From Halorussus marinus (GTDB taxonomy: Archaea; Halobacteriota; Halobacteria; Halobacteriales; Haladaptataceae), in NCBI RefSeq assembly GCF_004765795.1, contig NZ_SBIV01000005.1, forward strand, positions 62,001-126,000: a DNA stretch of 64,000 bases, read 5' to 3'. Of the stretch, positions 54,667 through 64,000 are shown in pieces (position 1 is the stretch's first letter; each line of letters opens with the position of its first letter). Below the pieces are notes generated by a model, which saw nothing but the letters and a program-made list of their open reading frames with translations, was not told the DNA's origin and made no database searches. The position numbers and the translations under genes were made by a program.

Positions 54667-56385
54667 ATGGCGAAGCCAGGCAATGATGTGAAACGGCGCG
54701 ACTTCCTGAAGGCAACGACCGGGGCCGGCGTGGTCGGTATGACCGCGCTCGCGGGCTGTTCCGGCGGCGGTCAGGAAGAGACCACGACCGAAGAGACCAC
54801 CGAAGACTCCGGCGGGATGGACACCGAGACCACCGAGGAATCCGGTGGCGGCGAAGGCGAGACCCTCCCCACGTACACGTACGTCAACAACGCTCAGGCG
54901 TACAATCCCCCGAGACACGACGCGATCAACCTCATCGCGAGCCAGTTCGGCGACGAGCTCGGGCTGGACATGGAGGTCGACGTGCTCGAGTGGGGGACGC
55001 TGTACAGCCGCGTCTCCGAGGAGTACGACTACAGCTTCGCGACGTGGCACACCTTCTTCGTCTCGGAGCCGGTGACCGAGCTGAACAACCTGTTCAACTC
55101 CAGCAACACCGATCCGGGTCAGGGCAACTACTCGGGCTACGAGAACTCCGAGCTCGACGACATGATGGCGAGCTACCTCGCCGAGCCCGACGCCGACACC
55201 CGGATCGACCAGGCACACGAGATCCAGAAGACGCTGATGGACGACGTGCCGACGATGCCCATCACCCACATGCCCCAGGCGGCGATCTACAACAACAACC
55301 AGGTGGGCAACTGGCAGGCCGACCTCGCCAACGGCTTCAACTCCTACTGGACGATGATCAACCTGGAGATGAAGAACGGCGAGGACACCCTCAAGGGCTA
55401 CTGGCCCGAGACGCTCTCGACGATGAACGTGCTTGGTCACAACGACGAGAACAAGCACGTCTACCAGTTCAACATGATGTACGACTACCTGGTCCAACTC
55501 AACAACAACGCCGAGCCTGACCCCGAGGTCAGCCTGGCGACGGACTGGGAGCGCGTCGACGAGACCACGATGGAGTACACCATCCGGACGGACCACTCGT
55601 GGCACGACGGCGAGGACCTCACCGCCGAGGACGTCGCGTTCACGTACAACTACATCAACGACAACGAGGTGCCGCTGTACTCCACGCAGTCCCAGTACAT
55701 CGACAACGCCGAGGTCGTCGACGAGGAGACGGTCCGGATCAACATGTCCGAGCCGCTCGGTCCGTTCAACCTCGCGGTCGCGAATCTCGTCCCGATCATC
55801 CCCAAGCACAAGTGGGAGGGCCGGGAGAACCCGAGTCAGGCGAACATCCAGGAGCCGGTCGGCAGCGGTCCCATGAAGTTCGACTACTGGGAGCAGGGCA
55901 GCGAGTTCGGGCTCGCGAAGTTCGACGACCACTTCGCGCCCGTCAGCTTCGAGAAGCGCTTCTGGCGGGTCATCCCCGAGGCGTCGACGGTGTGGGAGAA
56001 CCTCATCAACGGCGACCTCAACTACGAGCCGTTCGGCCGGATCGACCGCAGTCTCAACGAGAACCAGGACAACGAGAACATCGGGACTACGTTCCAGGTC
56101 GCCTCGACGTTCTGGATGTTCACGTCGAACGTGCGCCAGGACGGTCTCGACGACAAGCAGATGCGGAAGGCGCTGGTCGAGGCTATCCCGCGGACGCCCA
56201 TCGTCGAGCAGATCCTGTTTGGCTTCCCGGACGTCGGCTTCAACATCGTCTCCGAGGCGTTCGGTCCGCTCCACACCGAGGACGTGACCCGCTACGAGGA
56301 GAGCACCGACGCCGCGCGGAGTCGACTCGAAGAGGCCGGCTACACCTGGAACGACGACGGCCTCATCCAGGCGCCCAGCGAATAA
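54667..56385 (+). CDS. dppA: Peptide/nickel-family ABC substrate-binding lipoprotein (Tat), circularly permuted domain order
   Basis: KRRDFLK, LAGC lipobox, SLATDW...WHDGEDLTAEDVAFTY, PVGSGP; the segment normally at the C-terminus (NYSGYEN.ELD) comes first. Confidence 0.9.
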   Translation: MAKPGNDVKRRDFLKATTGAGVVGMTALAGCSGGGQEETTTEETTEDSGGMDTETTEESGGGEGETLPTYTYVNNAQAYNPPRHDAINLIASQFGDELGLDMEVDVLEWGTLYSRVSEEYDYSFATWHTFFVSEPVTELNNLFNSSNTDPGQGNYSGYENSELDDMMASYLAEPDADTRIDQAHEIQKTLMDDVPTMPITHMPQAAIYNNNQVGNWQADLANGFNSYWTMINLEMKNGEDTLKGYWPETLSTMNVLGHNDENKHVYQFNMMYDYLVQLNNNAEPDPEVSLATDWERVDETTMEYTIRTDHSWHDGEDLTAEDVAFTYNYINDNEVPLYSTQSQYIDNAEVVDEETVRINMSEPLGPFNLAVANLVPIIPKHKWEGRENPSQANIQEPVGSGPMKFDYWEQGSEFGLAKFDDHFAPVSFEKRFWRVIPEASTVWENLINGDLNYEPFGRIDRSLNENQDNENIGTTFQVASTFWMFTSNVRQDGLDDKQMRKALVEAIPRTPIVEQILFGFPDVGFNIVSEAFGPLHTEDVTRYEESTDAARSRLEEAGYTWNDDGLIQAPSE

Positions 56386-56452
56386 CCGAGGAGCACCGCG
56401 CTCCCGATAGAGTTTTTAAGCAGAAACACAGAGAATAACGTGACTTAGTAAC

Positions 56453-57430
56453 ATGGGAAAAGCTAGCTTTGTTATACGGCGCTCGCTCCAGCTCGTCGTG
56501 ACGTTCTGGGCGGTCGGGACGGTGCTGTTTAGCCTGTTCCGGCTGATGCCCGGGGACCCGACGTCGTACGTCGTTTCGTCGCAGATGACTCAGGAAGCTC
56601 GCCAGAAAATCATCGCGAGCTACGGGCTCGACGAGCCGATGCACGTCCAGTACATCAAGTTCATGGAGAACTTGGTCCAACTGGAGTTCGGCCAGTCGTT
56701 CCACTCGAACCAGCCGGTCAAGCAGGTCATCGCGACGTATCTTCCGAACACGCTCGTGCTCATGCTCACGGCGTTCATCGTCGCCTACGCCATCGGTATC
56801 ACCCTCGGCGTGTTGTCGGGCTGGTACCGCGGCTCCCGGTTCGAACGCAGTACCGTCATCACCGCGCTGACCGCCCGGAGCGTCCCGACGTTCTACGTCG
56901 GACTGATCGTGCTCTGGATCTTCGGGGCGGGCCTGGGCGTCATCCCGATGAGCGGGATGACCAGCCTCGGGACGCAAAACGCCGGCTTCTGGCAGATGGT
57001 GTTCTCGCTGGACTTCCTCCACCACCTCGCGGCACCGGCCGCAGTGCTCGGGTTCTACTACATGGGCTACCCGCTGTTGATCATGCGGTCGAGCATGCTC
57101 GAAGTCCTCTCGGAGGACTTCATCGACGTGTGCCGGGCCAAGGGGCTCAAAGAACGCACCATCATGTTCAAGCACGCCGCGCGCAACGCCCTGCTCCCGA
57201 TCGTGACCGCCGCGGCCATCGCGCTGGGCTACGCGGTCGGCGGGAGCGTCCTGATCGAGACGGTGTTCGCGTGGCCCGGGATCGGCCGCGAGATGGTCCG
57301 GGCGGTCCTGCGCCGGGACTTCCCGGTCGCCCAGGGGACGTTCATGGTGCTGGCGGCGACCATCATCATCCTGAACTTCCTCGCGGACCTGGCCTACGGC
57401 TACCTCGATCCGCGGGTGACCTACGACTAG
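56453..57430 (+). CDS. dppB: Peptide ABC transporter permease
   Basis: MPGDP, YGLDEP, RAKGL EAA loop, ETVFAWPGIG, YLDPRV. Confidence 0.95.
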   Translation: MGKASFVIRRSLQLVVTFWAVGTVLFSLFRLMPGDPTSYVVSSQMTQEARQKIIASYGLDEPMHVQYIKFMENLVQLEFGQSFHSNQPVKQVIATYLPNTLVLMLTAFIVAYAIGITLGVLSGWYRGSRFERSTVITALTARSVPTFYVGLIVLWIFGAGLGVIPMSGMTSLGTQNAGFWQMVFSLDFLHHLAAPAAVLGFYYMGYPLLIMRSSMLEVLSEDFIDVCRAKGLKERTIMFKHAARNALLPIVTAAAIALGYAVGGSVLIETVFAWPGIGREMVRAVLRRDFPVAQGTFMVLAATIIILNFLADLAYGYLDPRVTYD

Positions 57431-57434
57431 AACA

Positions 57435-58415
57435 ATGGCACAAGAAGAACAAACCGGTCGGTCGATATTCACCGACCTCGACGACGGCACGTCCGACGAG
57501 GAGATCAACAAGTGGCAACGCACGTTTCGGCTCTGGCGCGAGACGCTTCGCGACCACTGGGGGAAACTGACCGACGAGCTGTCGGTCAAGCTCTCGCTGA
57601 TTACCGTCGCGGCGTTCGTGCTCATCGGCATCTTCGCGCCGTTCATCGCGACTCACGAACCGCTCACCCGCCAGTACCAGGGCGAGGCCGAGATCCTCAT
57701 CGACAAGTGGGCCGAGCCGTCGATCCTCGGGGCCGATAGCGGCTACATCCTCGGGACGACCGCCGAAGGGTTCGACATCTTCAGCCAGCTCGTCTACGGG
57801 ACGCGCGCGGCGCTGATGGTCGGACTCATCGCGGCGGTGTTCACCGCGGGCATCGGGACGCTCGTCGGGCTGGTCGCGGGCTACTACGGCGGGAAGGTCG
57901 ACGACGCGCTGATGCGGCTGGTCGACTTCCTGTACGGGATGCCCCTGCTCCCGACGGTCATCGTGCTCGTCGCGGTGCTGGGCCCGAACCTCTGGAACAT
58001 CATCTTTGCGCTGATCATCCTCCAGTGGCGCTCGACCGCCCGCGTCATCCGGTCCCAATCGCTGTCGCTTCGCGAGCGGCCGTTCGTGAAGGCCGCAGAA
58101 GTCGCGGGCGCGGGCGACTGGCACATCATCAGCAGACATCTGGCGCCCAACGTCCTGCCGCTGACGTTCCTGTACGGTTCGTTCGGCATCGCGTGGGCGA
58201 TTCTGGCGGAAGCGGGCGTCTCGTTCATCGGACTGGGCGACCCCAACACGGTCTCGTGGGGCACGATGCTCCAGGCCTCGCGGGCGTACTCGGCGCTGCA
58301 GTTCGGCGCCTGGTGGTGGTTCGTGCCGCCGGGCATCTGCATCGGACTGCTGGTGATTAGCGGCTTCCTCATCGGCCGCGGCTACGAAGAGATAACCAAC
58401 CCCAAGCTACAATGA
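57435..58415 (+). CDS. dppC: Peptide ABC transporter permease
   Basis: LGTT..G.DIFSQLVYG, FVKAA..AGA, HLAPN, SWGTML. Confidence 0.95.
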   Translation: MAQEEQTGRSIFTDLDDGTSDEEINKWQRTFRLWRETLRDHWGKLTDELSVKLSLITVAAFVLIGIFAPFIATHEPLTRQYQGEAEILIDKWAEPSILGADSGYILGTTAEGFDIFSQLVYGTRAALMVGLIAAVFTAGIGTLVGLVAGYYGGKVDDALMRLVDFLYGMPLLPTVIVLVAVLGPNLWNIIFALIILQWRSTARVIRSQSLSLRERPFVKAAEVAGAGDWHIISRHLAPNVLPLTFLYGSFGIAWAILAEAGVSFIGLGDPNTVSWGTMLQASRAYSALQFGAWWWFVPPGICIGLLVISGFLIGRGYEEITNPKLQ

Positions 58416-59449
58416 GTCAACTCGAAGTCGAAGACCTCGAAGTCTACTACGAAACCGAAGACGGTCCGGCACAGGCAGTCGACGGCGTCTCGTTCGAACT
58501 CGAACAGGGCGAGAACCTCGGCATCGTCGGCGAGTCCGGGTGCGGGAAGACCACCCTCGCCAAGGCGATCATCGGCATCCTGCCCGACGCCGGCTACGTC
58601 AACGGCGGCAGCATCAACTTCAAGGGCGACGACCTCACGGAGCTGTCCGGTCCGGAGCGTCGCCGCCTCAAGTGGGAGGAGATCTCGATGATCGCCCAGT
58701 CGGCGATGAACTCGCTCGACCCGGTGTACACCATCCGCGAGCAGATCGTGGAGGCCATCGAGACCCACCGGCCCGGCACCGGCCGGGTCGAGTCCAACGA
58801 GATCGTGACCGAGATGTTCGAACTCGTGGGACTGGACCCCGACCGGGCCGACGACTACCCCCACCAGTTCTCGGGCGGGATGCGCCAGCGCGCCATGATC
58901 GCGATGGCGCTCGCGCTCGAACCGTCGCTGATGCTGGCCGACGAGCCGACGACCGCCCTCGACGTGATCATGCAGGACCAGATCCTCAAGCGCATCGGCT
59001 CGATCCAAGAGGAGATCAACTCCTCGATGCTGGTCATCACCCACGACGTGAGCGTCGTCGCCGAGACGTGCGACCGCGTCATCGTGATGTACGCCGGGAA
59101 GATCGCCGAGGAGGGTCCGGTCGAGGAGATCTTCAATCAGCCGTACCACCCCTACACCATCGGGCTCAAGCGGGCGTTCCCCAACATCCGGATGCAGGAT
59201 CAGGACCTGCTGTCGATCTCGGGCTACCCGCCCGAACTGATCGACCCGCCCCAGGGCTGTCGGTTCGCCGAACGGTGTCCGATGGCGACCGACAAGTGCC
59301 GCGAGGAAGAGCCCGAGGCCCACCACAACAACGGTCTCCGCTCGTACTGCCACTACGCCGACGAGATCGACAGCGAGCTCCGGCCGTACGCCGACGATCC
59401 CAAGACGTGGAACCAGACCGCCGCGGCACAGGAGGCCGGAGGTGACTGA
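58412..59449 (+). CDS. dppD: Peptide ABC transporter ATP-binding protein
   Basis: [41 protein letters not shown]. Confidence 0.95.
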   Translation: MSQLEVEDLEVYYETEDGPAQAVDGVSFELEQGENLGIVGESGCGKTTLAKAIIGILPDAGYVNGGSINFKGDDLTELSGPERRRLKWEEISMIAQSAMNSLDPVYTIREQIVEAIETHRPGTGRVESNEIVTEMFELVGLDPDRADDYPHQFSGGMRQRAMIAMALALEPSLMLADEPTTALDVIMQDQILKRIGSIQEEINSSMLVITHDVSVVAETCDRVIVMYAGKIAEEGPVEEIFNQPYHPYTIGLKRAFPNIRMQDQDLLSISGYPPELIDPPQGCRFAERCPMATDKCREEEPEAHHNNGLRSYCHYADEIDSELRPYADDPKTWNQTAAAQEAGGD

Positions 59450-60551
59450 GATGAGCGACGACGACGTGCTCCTCGAGGTCGACAACCTCAAGAAACACTT
59501 CAAGGTCAACGAGGGCTGGATCGCGAGCCTGCTCCAGTCGGTCTCGGGCGGCGAGCCCGACTACGTCCACGCGGTCGACGGCGTCAGCTTCGAGCTCCGA
59601 GAGGGCGAGACCCTCGGACTGGCCGGCGAGTCGGGCTGTGGCAAGACCACGACCGGCATGTCGCTGGTGAAGCTCCACGAGCCGACTGCCGGCGACATCG
59701 AGTACGACGACAAGCGGCTCTCGGAGGCCAGCGACGCGGAGCTCAAGGAGTTCCGACAGAACGCCCAGATGATCTTCCAGGACCCGTTCGAGAGCCTGAA
59801 TCCTCGGATGACGGTGTACGACATCGTCGCCGAGCCGCTCCGGATCCACGACATCCGCAACGAGACCGCCCGGGTCCAGCGCGCCCTCGAGTTCGCGGAG
59901 CTCGAACCCGCCGAGCAGTACTTCGACCAGTACCCCCACGAGCTGTCGGGCGGTCAGCGCCAGCGGGTCGCGATCGCTCGGGCGCTCGTGCTCGATCCCG
60001 ACTTCATCGTCGCCGACGAGCCGGTGTCGATGCTCGACGTGAGCCTCCGGGCGGGCGTGCTGTCGCTGCTCGACCGGATGACCGAGGAGTTCGGCCTCTC
60101 GGTCGTCTACATCAGCCACGACCTCTCGTTGCTCCGGCACATGTGCGACCGGCTCGCGATCATGTACATGGGCAAGATCGTCGAGAAGGGGCCGACCGAT
60201 CAGATCATCGAGAACCCCCAACACCCCTACACGCAGGCGCTCATCAACGCGGTGCCGGTCCCGGACCCGGACGTGGGCCGCGAGCGCGTCGAGCTTCAGG
60301 GCGAGGTCGGCGACGTGATCGACATTCCGACCGGCTGTCGGTTCAAAGACCGGTGTCCCAAGCACATGGGCGAGGTCTGTGACAAGGTCGTCCCGCCGCT
60401 CGAACAGAAGGCCGACGTCGACGCCGATCAGGACATCGCCTGTCACCTCTTCGAGAGCGCGGAGGGTTACGACCCCTACGAGGAGTTAGAGGGCCGCTCG
60501 GCGGCGAGCGACGCGAGCGACGACACCGAGTCGGCGCCCGCCGACGACTAG
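59442..60551 (+). CDS. dppF: Peptide ABC transporter ATP-binding protein
   Basis: [42 protein letters not shown]; start at GTG 59442 or ATG 59451. Confidence 0.95.
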   Translation: MTEMSDDDVLLEVDNLKKHFKVNEGWIASLLQSVSGGEPDYVHAVDGVSFELREGETLGLAGESGCGKTTTGMSLVKLHEPTAGDIEYDDKRLSEASDAELKEFRQNAQMIFQDPFESLNPRMTVYDIVAEPLRIHDIRNETARVQRALEFAELEPAEQYFDQYPHELSGGQRQRVAIARALVLDPDFIVADEPVSMLDVSLRAGVLSLLDRMTEEFGLSVVYISHDLSLLRHMCDRLAIMYMGKIVEKGPTDQIIENPQHPYTQALINAVPVPDPDVGRERVELQGEVGDVIDIPTGCRFKDRCPKHMGEVCDKVVPPLEQKADVDADQDIACHLFESAEGYDPYEELEGRSAASDASDDTESAPADD

Positions 60552-62008
60552 TTCTTCTCCCCGACCGTCGCTTCCAGCCGGACCCCCGGCGCCGTCACCG
60601 AGAACGGAAGCTGAGACTTGTGTTTCTCACAGACTCCGGTGACCGTCTCCCGGGCCGCGCCGAGCGCCGAGATCGTTTCGAGCGCCTCGGGGACGTAGTC
60701 GAGCGCCGCGCTCTCGACCCGCCCGGCGCGCTCGCCGTCTTCGAGCCGGTAGGCCTCCGCGAGCGGGAACTCCGCGGAGCCACAGTCGGGCCGTTCGTCG
60801 ACTTTCCGCTCGACGTCTCTGGCGTACGAGACGCTCGCGGGGAACACCCCCGACCGCTGGACGCGCTCGTACTCGTCGCGCAGGTACGGGGCGCCGAACC
60901 GCTCTACGTACACGTCCGCGTCGGCTCGCAACTGCGCCGGGTCGGCGTCACCGGCCCCGACTTCGAGGTGGCGGGCGTGGATGCGAGGGGGCTGTTGGCG
61001 ACCCAGACTCGGGACCGCGTTGCCGGTCGGATACGTCTCCTGTTCTGCCGCGCTGGTCGTGTTGTGGAGCCGGCGCTCGACCCGGCCGTCCCGCACGAGT
61101 CGGGTCGGCGTGGTGGGCCGGACCTCGGCGTCGTAGGCCCGCGAGCCCCACCCGCCGGCGTGGACGGTGTCCTCGATGTCGAGGCCTTCCGGCCCGATTT
61201 CGTCGCCGACCGCGTAGGGACTCATCCCCATGTAGTCGGTGTCGGCTTCGAGGTAGTGAGAGACGAAGTGGAACAGCTGGCCGGCGGCCTGCGGGCTCAG
61301 CGCGAGCGTCGTCTGGCCGGTCGGCGGATCGGCCGGCTCGGCGACTGCCAGCGCCCGGGCGTCGTCGGCGGCCGCCGCGAACACCTCGGGGAGTTCGTCG
61401 AGGAACGCCGTGCCGTCGGTCGAGCCGGCGTGGCGGCGTACCTTCGGTCCGTCTTCGAGCGTGAGGCTGGCGGTCACCTGCGCTCGGTCGAGGGTCGTCC
61501 GGATCGTGCTCCCGGTGGTGGTGCCGACCGACTCCTCGAGGTGGGCGTCGGCGTAGTTGACCCACGTCCGGCTGAGATCGAGGTCGTCGGCGGCCGCCAG
61601 CCCGTCCTGAACGACGCCGACCTTGGTGTCGAGGTCGACGCCGCCGATTCCCTCGGTCGCCCAGCCGCCGTGAACGCCCCGATGGGTCGTGTAGGCGTCG
61701 AAGCGGCCGGGGTCCTCTTGGGCGAGCACCTCGCCGCTCCGGATCGCGCGGTCGGCCTCGTCCTGCAGGCTCTCCTCGTCGAGGCTCGTCGTGTACCGGT
61801 AGTCGGCCGCGCCGTCGGCGAACACCCGGACCCACGCGCCGGTCTCGGTGAACGCGACGGTTTCTCGGGGGCCGTCGCCGGTCACGACGGCGTCGGTCTT
61901 CTCCTTGTAGACGCCCCCGACCTCGGCGTACGCCACTCGCTCGTCGCTTTCGAGGTAGTCCAACAGCCAGTCCATCGCGTCCAACGCGGCTTCCCGTTCG
62001 TCGGTCAT
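60548..62008 (-). CDS. TldD/PmbA-family protein with altered metal motif
   Basis: GAWVRV, LSPQAAGQLFHFVSHYLEAD, YDAE, LVRDG, TGNA, GVCEK...PG; ATG 62008. Confidence 0.8.
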   Translation of the reverse strand: MTDEREAALDAMDWLLDYLESDERVAYAEVGGVYKEKTDAVVTGDGPRETVAFTETGAWVRVFADGAADYRYTTSLDEESLQDEADRAIRSGEVLAQEDPGRFDAYTTHRGVHGGWATEGIGGVDLDTKVGVVQDGLAAADDLDLSRTWVNYADAHLEESVGTTTGSTIRTTLDRAQVTASLTLEDGPKVRRHAGSTDGTAFLDELPEVFAAAADDARALAVAEPADPPTGQTTLALSPQAAGQLFHFVSHYLEADTDYMGMSPYAVGDEIGPEGLDIEDTVHAGGWGSRAYDAEVRPTTPTRLVRDGRVERRLHNTTSAAEQETYPTGNAVPSLGRQQPPRIHARHLEVGAGDADPAQLRADADVYVERFGAPYLRDEYERVQRSGVFPASVSYARDVERKVDERPDCGSAEFPLAEAYRLEDGERAGRVESAALDYVPEALETISALGAARETVTGVCEKHKSQLPFSVTAPGVRLEATVGEKN

Positions 62009-62072
62009 AGACGCGTGGTACGGAACCACCACACATGAAACCCCCGCTACGGGGCGACGATATCGGTCGGGC

Positions 62073-62675
62073 TCACCGGTCGACGCTCGCGGCGCCGCGG
62101 TCGAGCGCGGCCCCGACCCGGTCGACGTCGCACACCGCCGACACCGGACGCGGCTCGTCGGGGTCGGCCGGCCGGTCGGCGAGCGACAGTTGCCACCACC
62201 CCACGTCGCGCCACTCTCCGCGCTTGTACCCGACCGCTTCGAAGGTCCCGACTCGCTCGAACCCCTTCGACTCGTGGAGTCCGACGCTCGCGGGGTTCGG
62301 GAGCGCGATCACCGCCACCGCGAGGTGGAACCGCTGGGCGGCCAGCGTCTCTAACAGCGCCTCGTAGAGTCCAGTCCCGACGCCCCGACCGCGCCAGCCC
62401 TCCCGGACGTACGCAGAGACGTCGACCGCCCACCGGTAGGCCGCCCTGTCTTTGTGCGGGCCGGCCTTGGCGAACCCGACCACGGCGTTCGGCTCGGCGT
62501 CGCCTTCCTCGGCTTCGCAGACCAGCCACGGGTACTGACCGTCCGCGATCTGCGCTCGGAGGTCGGCGACGCTCGGGGGCGTCTCGGCGAACGAAATCGC
62601 GGTCTCGCGGACGACGGGGGCGTAGATCGCCCGGACCGCCGCCGCGTCGTCGGGGGTCGCGAACCGGAGTCTCAC
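62073..62675 (-). CDS. arsN1: GNAT phosphinothricin/arsinothricin N-acetyltransferase (ArsN1-like)
   Basis: IYAPVVRETAISF, AYRW.VDVSAYV, GRGVG, IALPNPASVGLHES.GF, VGYK.GEWRDVGWWQ; located in the ars cluster. Confidence 0.8.
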   Translation of the reverse strand: MRLRFATPDDAAAVRAIYAPVVRETAISFAETPPSVADLRAQIADGQYPWLVCEAEEGDAEPNAVVGFAKAGPHKDRAAYRWAVDVSAYVREGWRGRGVGTGLYEALLETLAAQRFHLAVAVIALPNPASVGLHESKGFERVGTFEAVGYKRGEWRDVGWWQLSLADRPADPDEPRPVSAVCDVDRVGAALDRGAASVDR

Positions 62676-63118
62676 GGGTCGACCTCCCGGCGCATGCAGA
62701 CCGCGGCGTCGGGACAGAGGTCGTCGAACTCGGGGGTCTCTCTCAGCGACTCGGGCGCCGACTCGCGTTCGACGCGCTCGAAACCCAGCGACGAGAAAAA
62801 CCCCGACGCCGTGGTCGTGAGCAAGTAGACGCTCTCGACGCCCTCGTCGGCGGCCTCGGCGAGCAGTCGGTCCCAGAGCGCGCGGCCGTACCCCTCGCCG
62901 CGGGCCGACTCCGCGATCGCCACCGAGCGCACCAGCGCGTGGTCGCCCCGACGCTGGAGGCCGCCGACGCCGACGCGCTCGCCGTCGACCTCACAGCAGT
63001 AGAGCCACTCGAGGTCTTCGGGGAGGTCTTCGACTGGCAGGTCATTGGCCGCCAGCAGCGACTCGGCGTACCCGCGCTCGGCGGGGTCGGCCGGCCGGAT
63101 GCAGATGTCGGTCGCCAT
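62672..63118 (-). CDS. arsN2: Arsenic-resistance GNAT N-acetyltransferase ArsN2
   Basis: LLAANDLP.EDL, LVRSVAI...RGEGYG, YLLTTTA..FF..LGF, EF..LCP..AVCM. Confidence 0.85.
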   Translation of the reverse strand: MATDICIRPADPAERGYAESLLAANDLPVEDLPEDLEWLYCCEVDGERVGVGGLQRRGDHALVRSVAIAESARGEGYGRALWDRLLAEAADEGVESVYLLTTTASGFFSSLGFERVERESAPESLRETPEFDDLCPDAAVCMRREVDP

Positions 63119-63123
63119 GCAGA

Positions 63124-63145
63124 ACGAATCGATCTGATACGATAT
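63124..63145. promoter_or_regulatory. Candidate ArsR operator at the arsN2 promoter
   Basis: ACGAATCG-N8-CGATAT between the minus-strand TATA (CTTTTATA, 63143-63150) and ATG 63118. Confidence 0.6.
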
Positions 63146-63231
63146 AAAAGTTTGGCGTGTGCTAGCGGTTCTAGGATCGAAATCGGAATATTAGGAACTA
63201 GAACGTGGTCGTGGCAAACCCTTATCCGAAC

Positions 63232-63253
63232 ACGAATCGTGCTAGCTCGATAT
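63232..63253. promoter_or_regulatory. Candidate ArsR operator at the arsR promoter
   Basis: Second copy of ACGAATCG-N8-CGATAT, overlapping the arsR start codon. Confidence 0.6.
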
Positions 63254-63641
63254 GAGTGAAACCGGCGACTCGGCGCCGACCGGCGAAGCCCGCGAGACGC
63301 TCGAACGGCTGTACGACGACCCCGACGAAGAGATCCGAGCGCTGTTGGCGAACGGTCCCGACGAGGCCGCCGTCGAGGCCCAGTACCCCGTGTTCCGGGC
63401 GCTCGCCAACGAGGACCGACTCCGGATCCTCGACGCGCTCCGGGACGGCGAGCGGTGTGGCTGCGAGCTGATGGTGCTGGTCGAGGCGCCCCAGTCGACG
63501 GTCGCGACTCACCTCCGGAAGCTCCGGGACGACGGGCTGGTCACGAGTCGCAAGAAGGGCAAGTGGAACTACTACCGCATCGCCGACGCCGCGGTGATGG
63601 ACGTGCTCGATCTGGCGGTCGTGCTCCGGGGTGAGGGATGA
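63252..63641 (+). CDS. arsR: ArsR/SmtB family transcriptional repressor
   Basis: [20 protein letters not shown] (alpha3 Cys pair), [11 protein letters not shown]...KGKWNYY. Confidence 0.92.
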   Translation: MSETGDSAPTGEARETLERLYDDPDEEIRALLANGPDEAAVEAQYPVFRALANEDRLRILDALRDGERCGCELMVLVEAPQSTVATHLRKLRDDGLVTSRKKGKWNYYRIADAAVMDVLDLAVVLRGEG

Positions 63642-64000
63642 CCGGGGCGCTCGCGGGCGACCTCGCGGCCGCGTGGGACTTTTTCGTCCACCTCGGGGTG
63701 GTGCTCGTCCCGCTGTTCGTCGGCGGCGCGTTTCTGGTCGGCCTGCTACAGGAGTACCTGCCCCCCGAGCGAGTCGAGGCCATCCTCGGGCGCCACGACG
63801 GCGGGGCGGGGAACGTCGCGGCGGCCGGCATCGGCGCGGTCACGCCGTTCTGTTCGTGTTCGACGGTGCCGGTACTCGCCGGCCTGCTGAGCGCGGGCGC
63901 GCCGCTCGGGCTGGCGTTCTCCTTTCTGCTCGCCTCGCCGCTCGTCAACGAACTCGCGGTCCTGCTGTTGGTCGGGCTGTTCGGACTCCGGATCGCGGCC
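63638..64000 (+). CDS. arsP: ArsP (DUF318) permease, 3'-truncated by window edge
   Basis: ATG overlaps the arsR stop; [11 protein letters not shown] signature, [16 protein letters not shown]. Confidence 0.88.
   Translation, partial: MTGALAGDLAAAWDFFVHLGVVLVPLFVGGAFLVGLLQEYLPPERVEAILGRHDGGAGNVAAAGIGAVTPFCSCSTVPVLAGLLSAGAPLGLAFSFLLASPLVNELAVLLLVGLFGLRIAA

Noticed and set aside
1..64000. tRNA, rRNA, IS elements, integrases and inteins
   Set aside because: None recognised by eye; intergenic gaps are short, and SufB and Rad25 show no intein-sized insertions. A tRNAscan/Infernal run would be needed to exclude small RNAs.

Overview
This is a very GC-rich, gene-dense chromosomal segment from a halophilic archaeon (class Halobacteria). 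The assignment rests on strongly acidic proteins, TFB, Tat and lipobox signals, a PGF-CTERM surface protein, Bat-type HTH regulators and CPxCG-like micro-proteins. I count about 60 real CDSs; most long ORFs in the six-frame track are shadow ORFs. I saw no rRNA, tRNA, CRISPR array, IS element or integrase. Contents from left to right: an iron-siderophore-type ABC module with two DtxR-family operator palindromes; a cytoplasmic BON/SH3/NlpC-P60 peptidase; a P450 with a divergent HTH regulator; an ebo-like cluster (inositol-3-phosphate synthase, EboF-like phosphodiesterase, TatD/EboB, two TIM-barrel isomerases, UbiA/EboC prenyltransferase) followed by a Tat-exported cupredoxin-PQQ dehydrogenase; a degenerate, frameshifted xdhC; a GT87 glycosyltransferase; mutS5; a 1,509-aa PAS/GAF/Bat sensor followed by a HEAT-pseudokinase; a PKD/PGF-CTERM surface protein; rad25/XPB; ggt; a stand-alone sufB; tatA; tfb; several peptidases; a ThDP enzyme/SDR/MFS group; an M28 peptidase with dppABCDF and a TldD-like gene; and an arsN1-arsN2 / arsR-arsP organoarsenical resistance module at the right edge. 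The best candidate for an uncharacterised system is the archaeal inositol-based ebo-like cluster (about 9.4-16.9 kb, possibly 6.9-21.8 kb), inferred to make a prenylated inositol derivative. All family calls come from motif recognition by eye, not from database searches.
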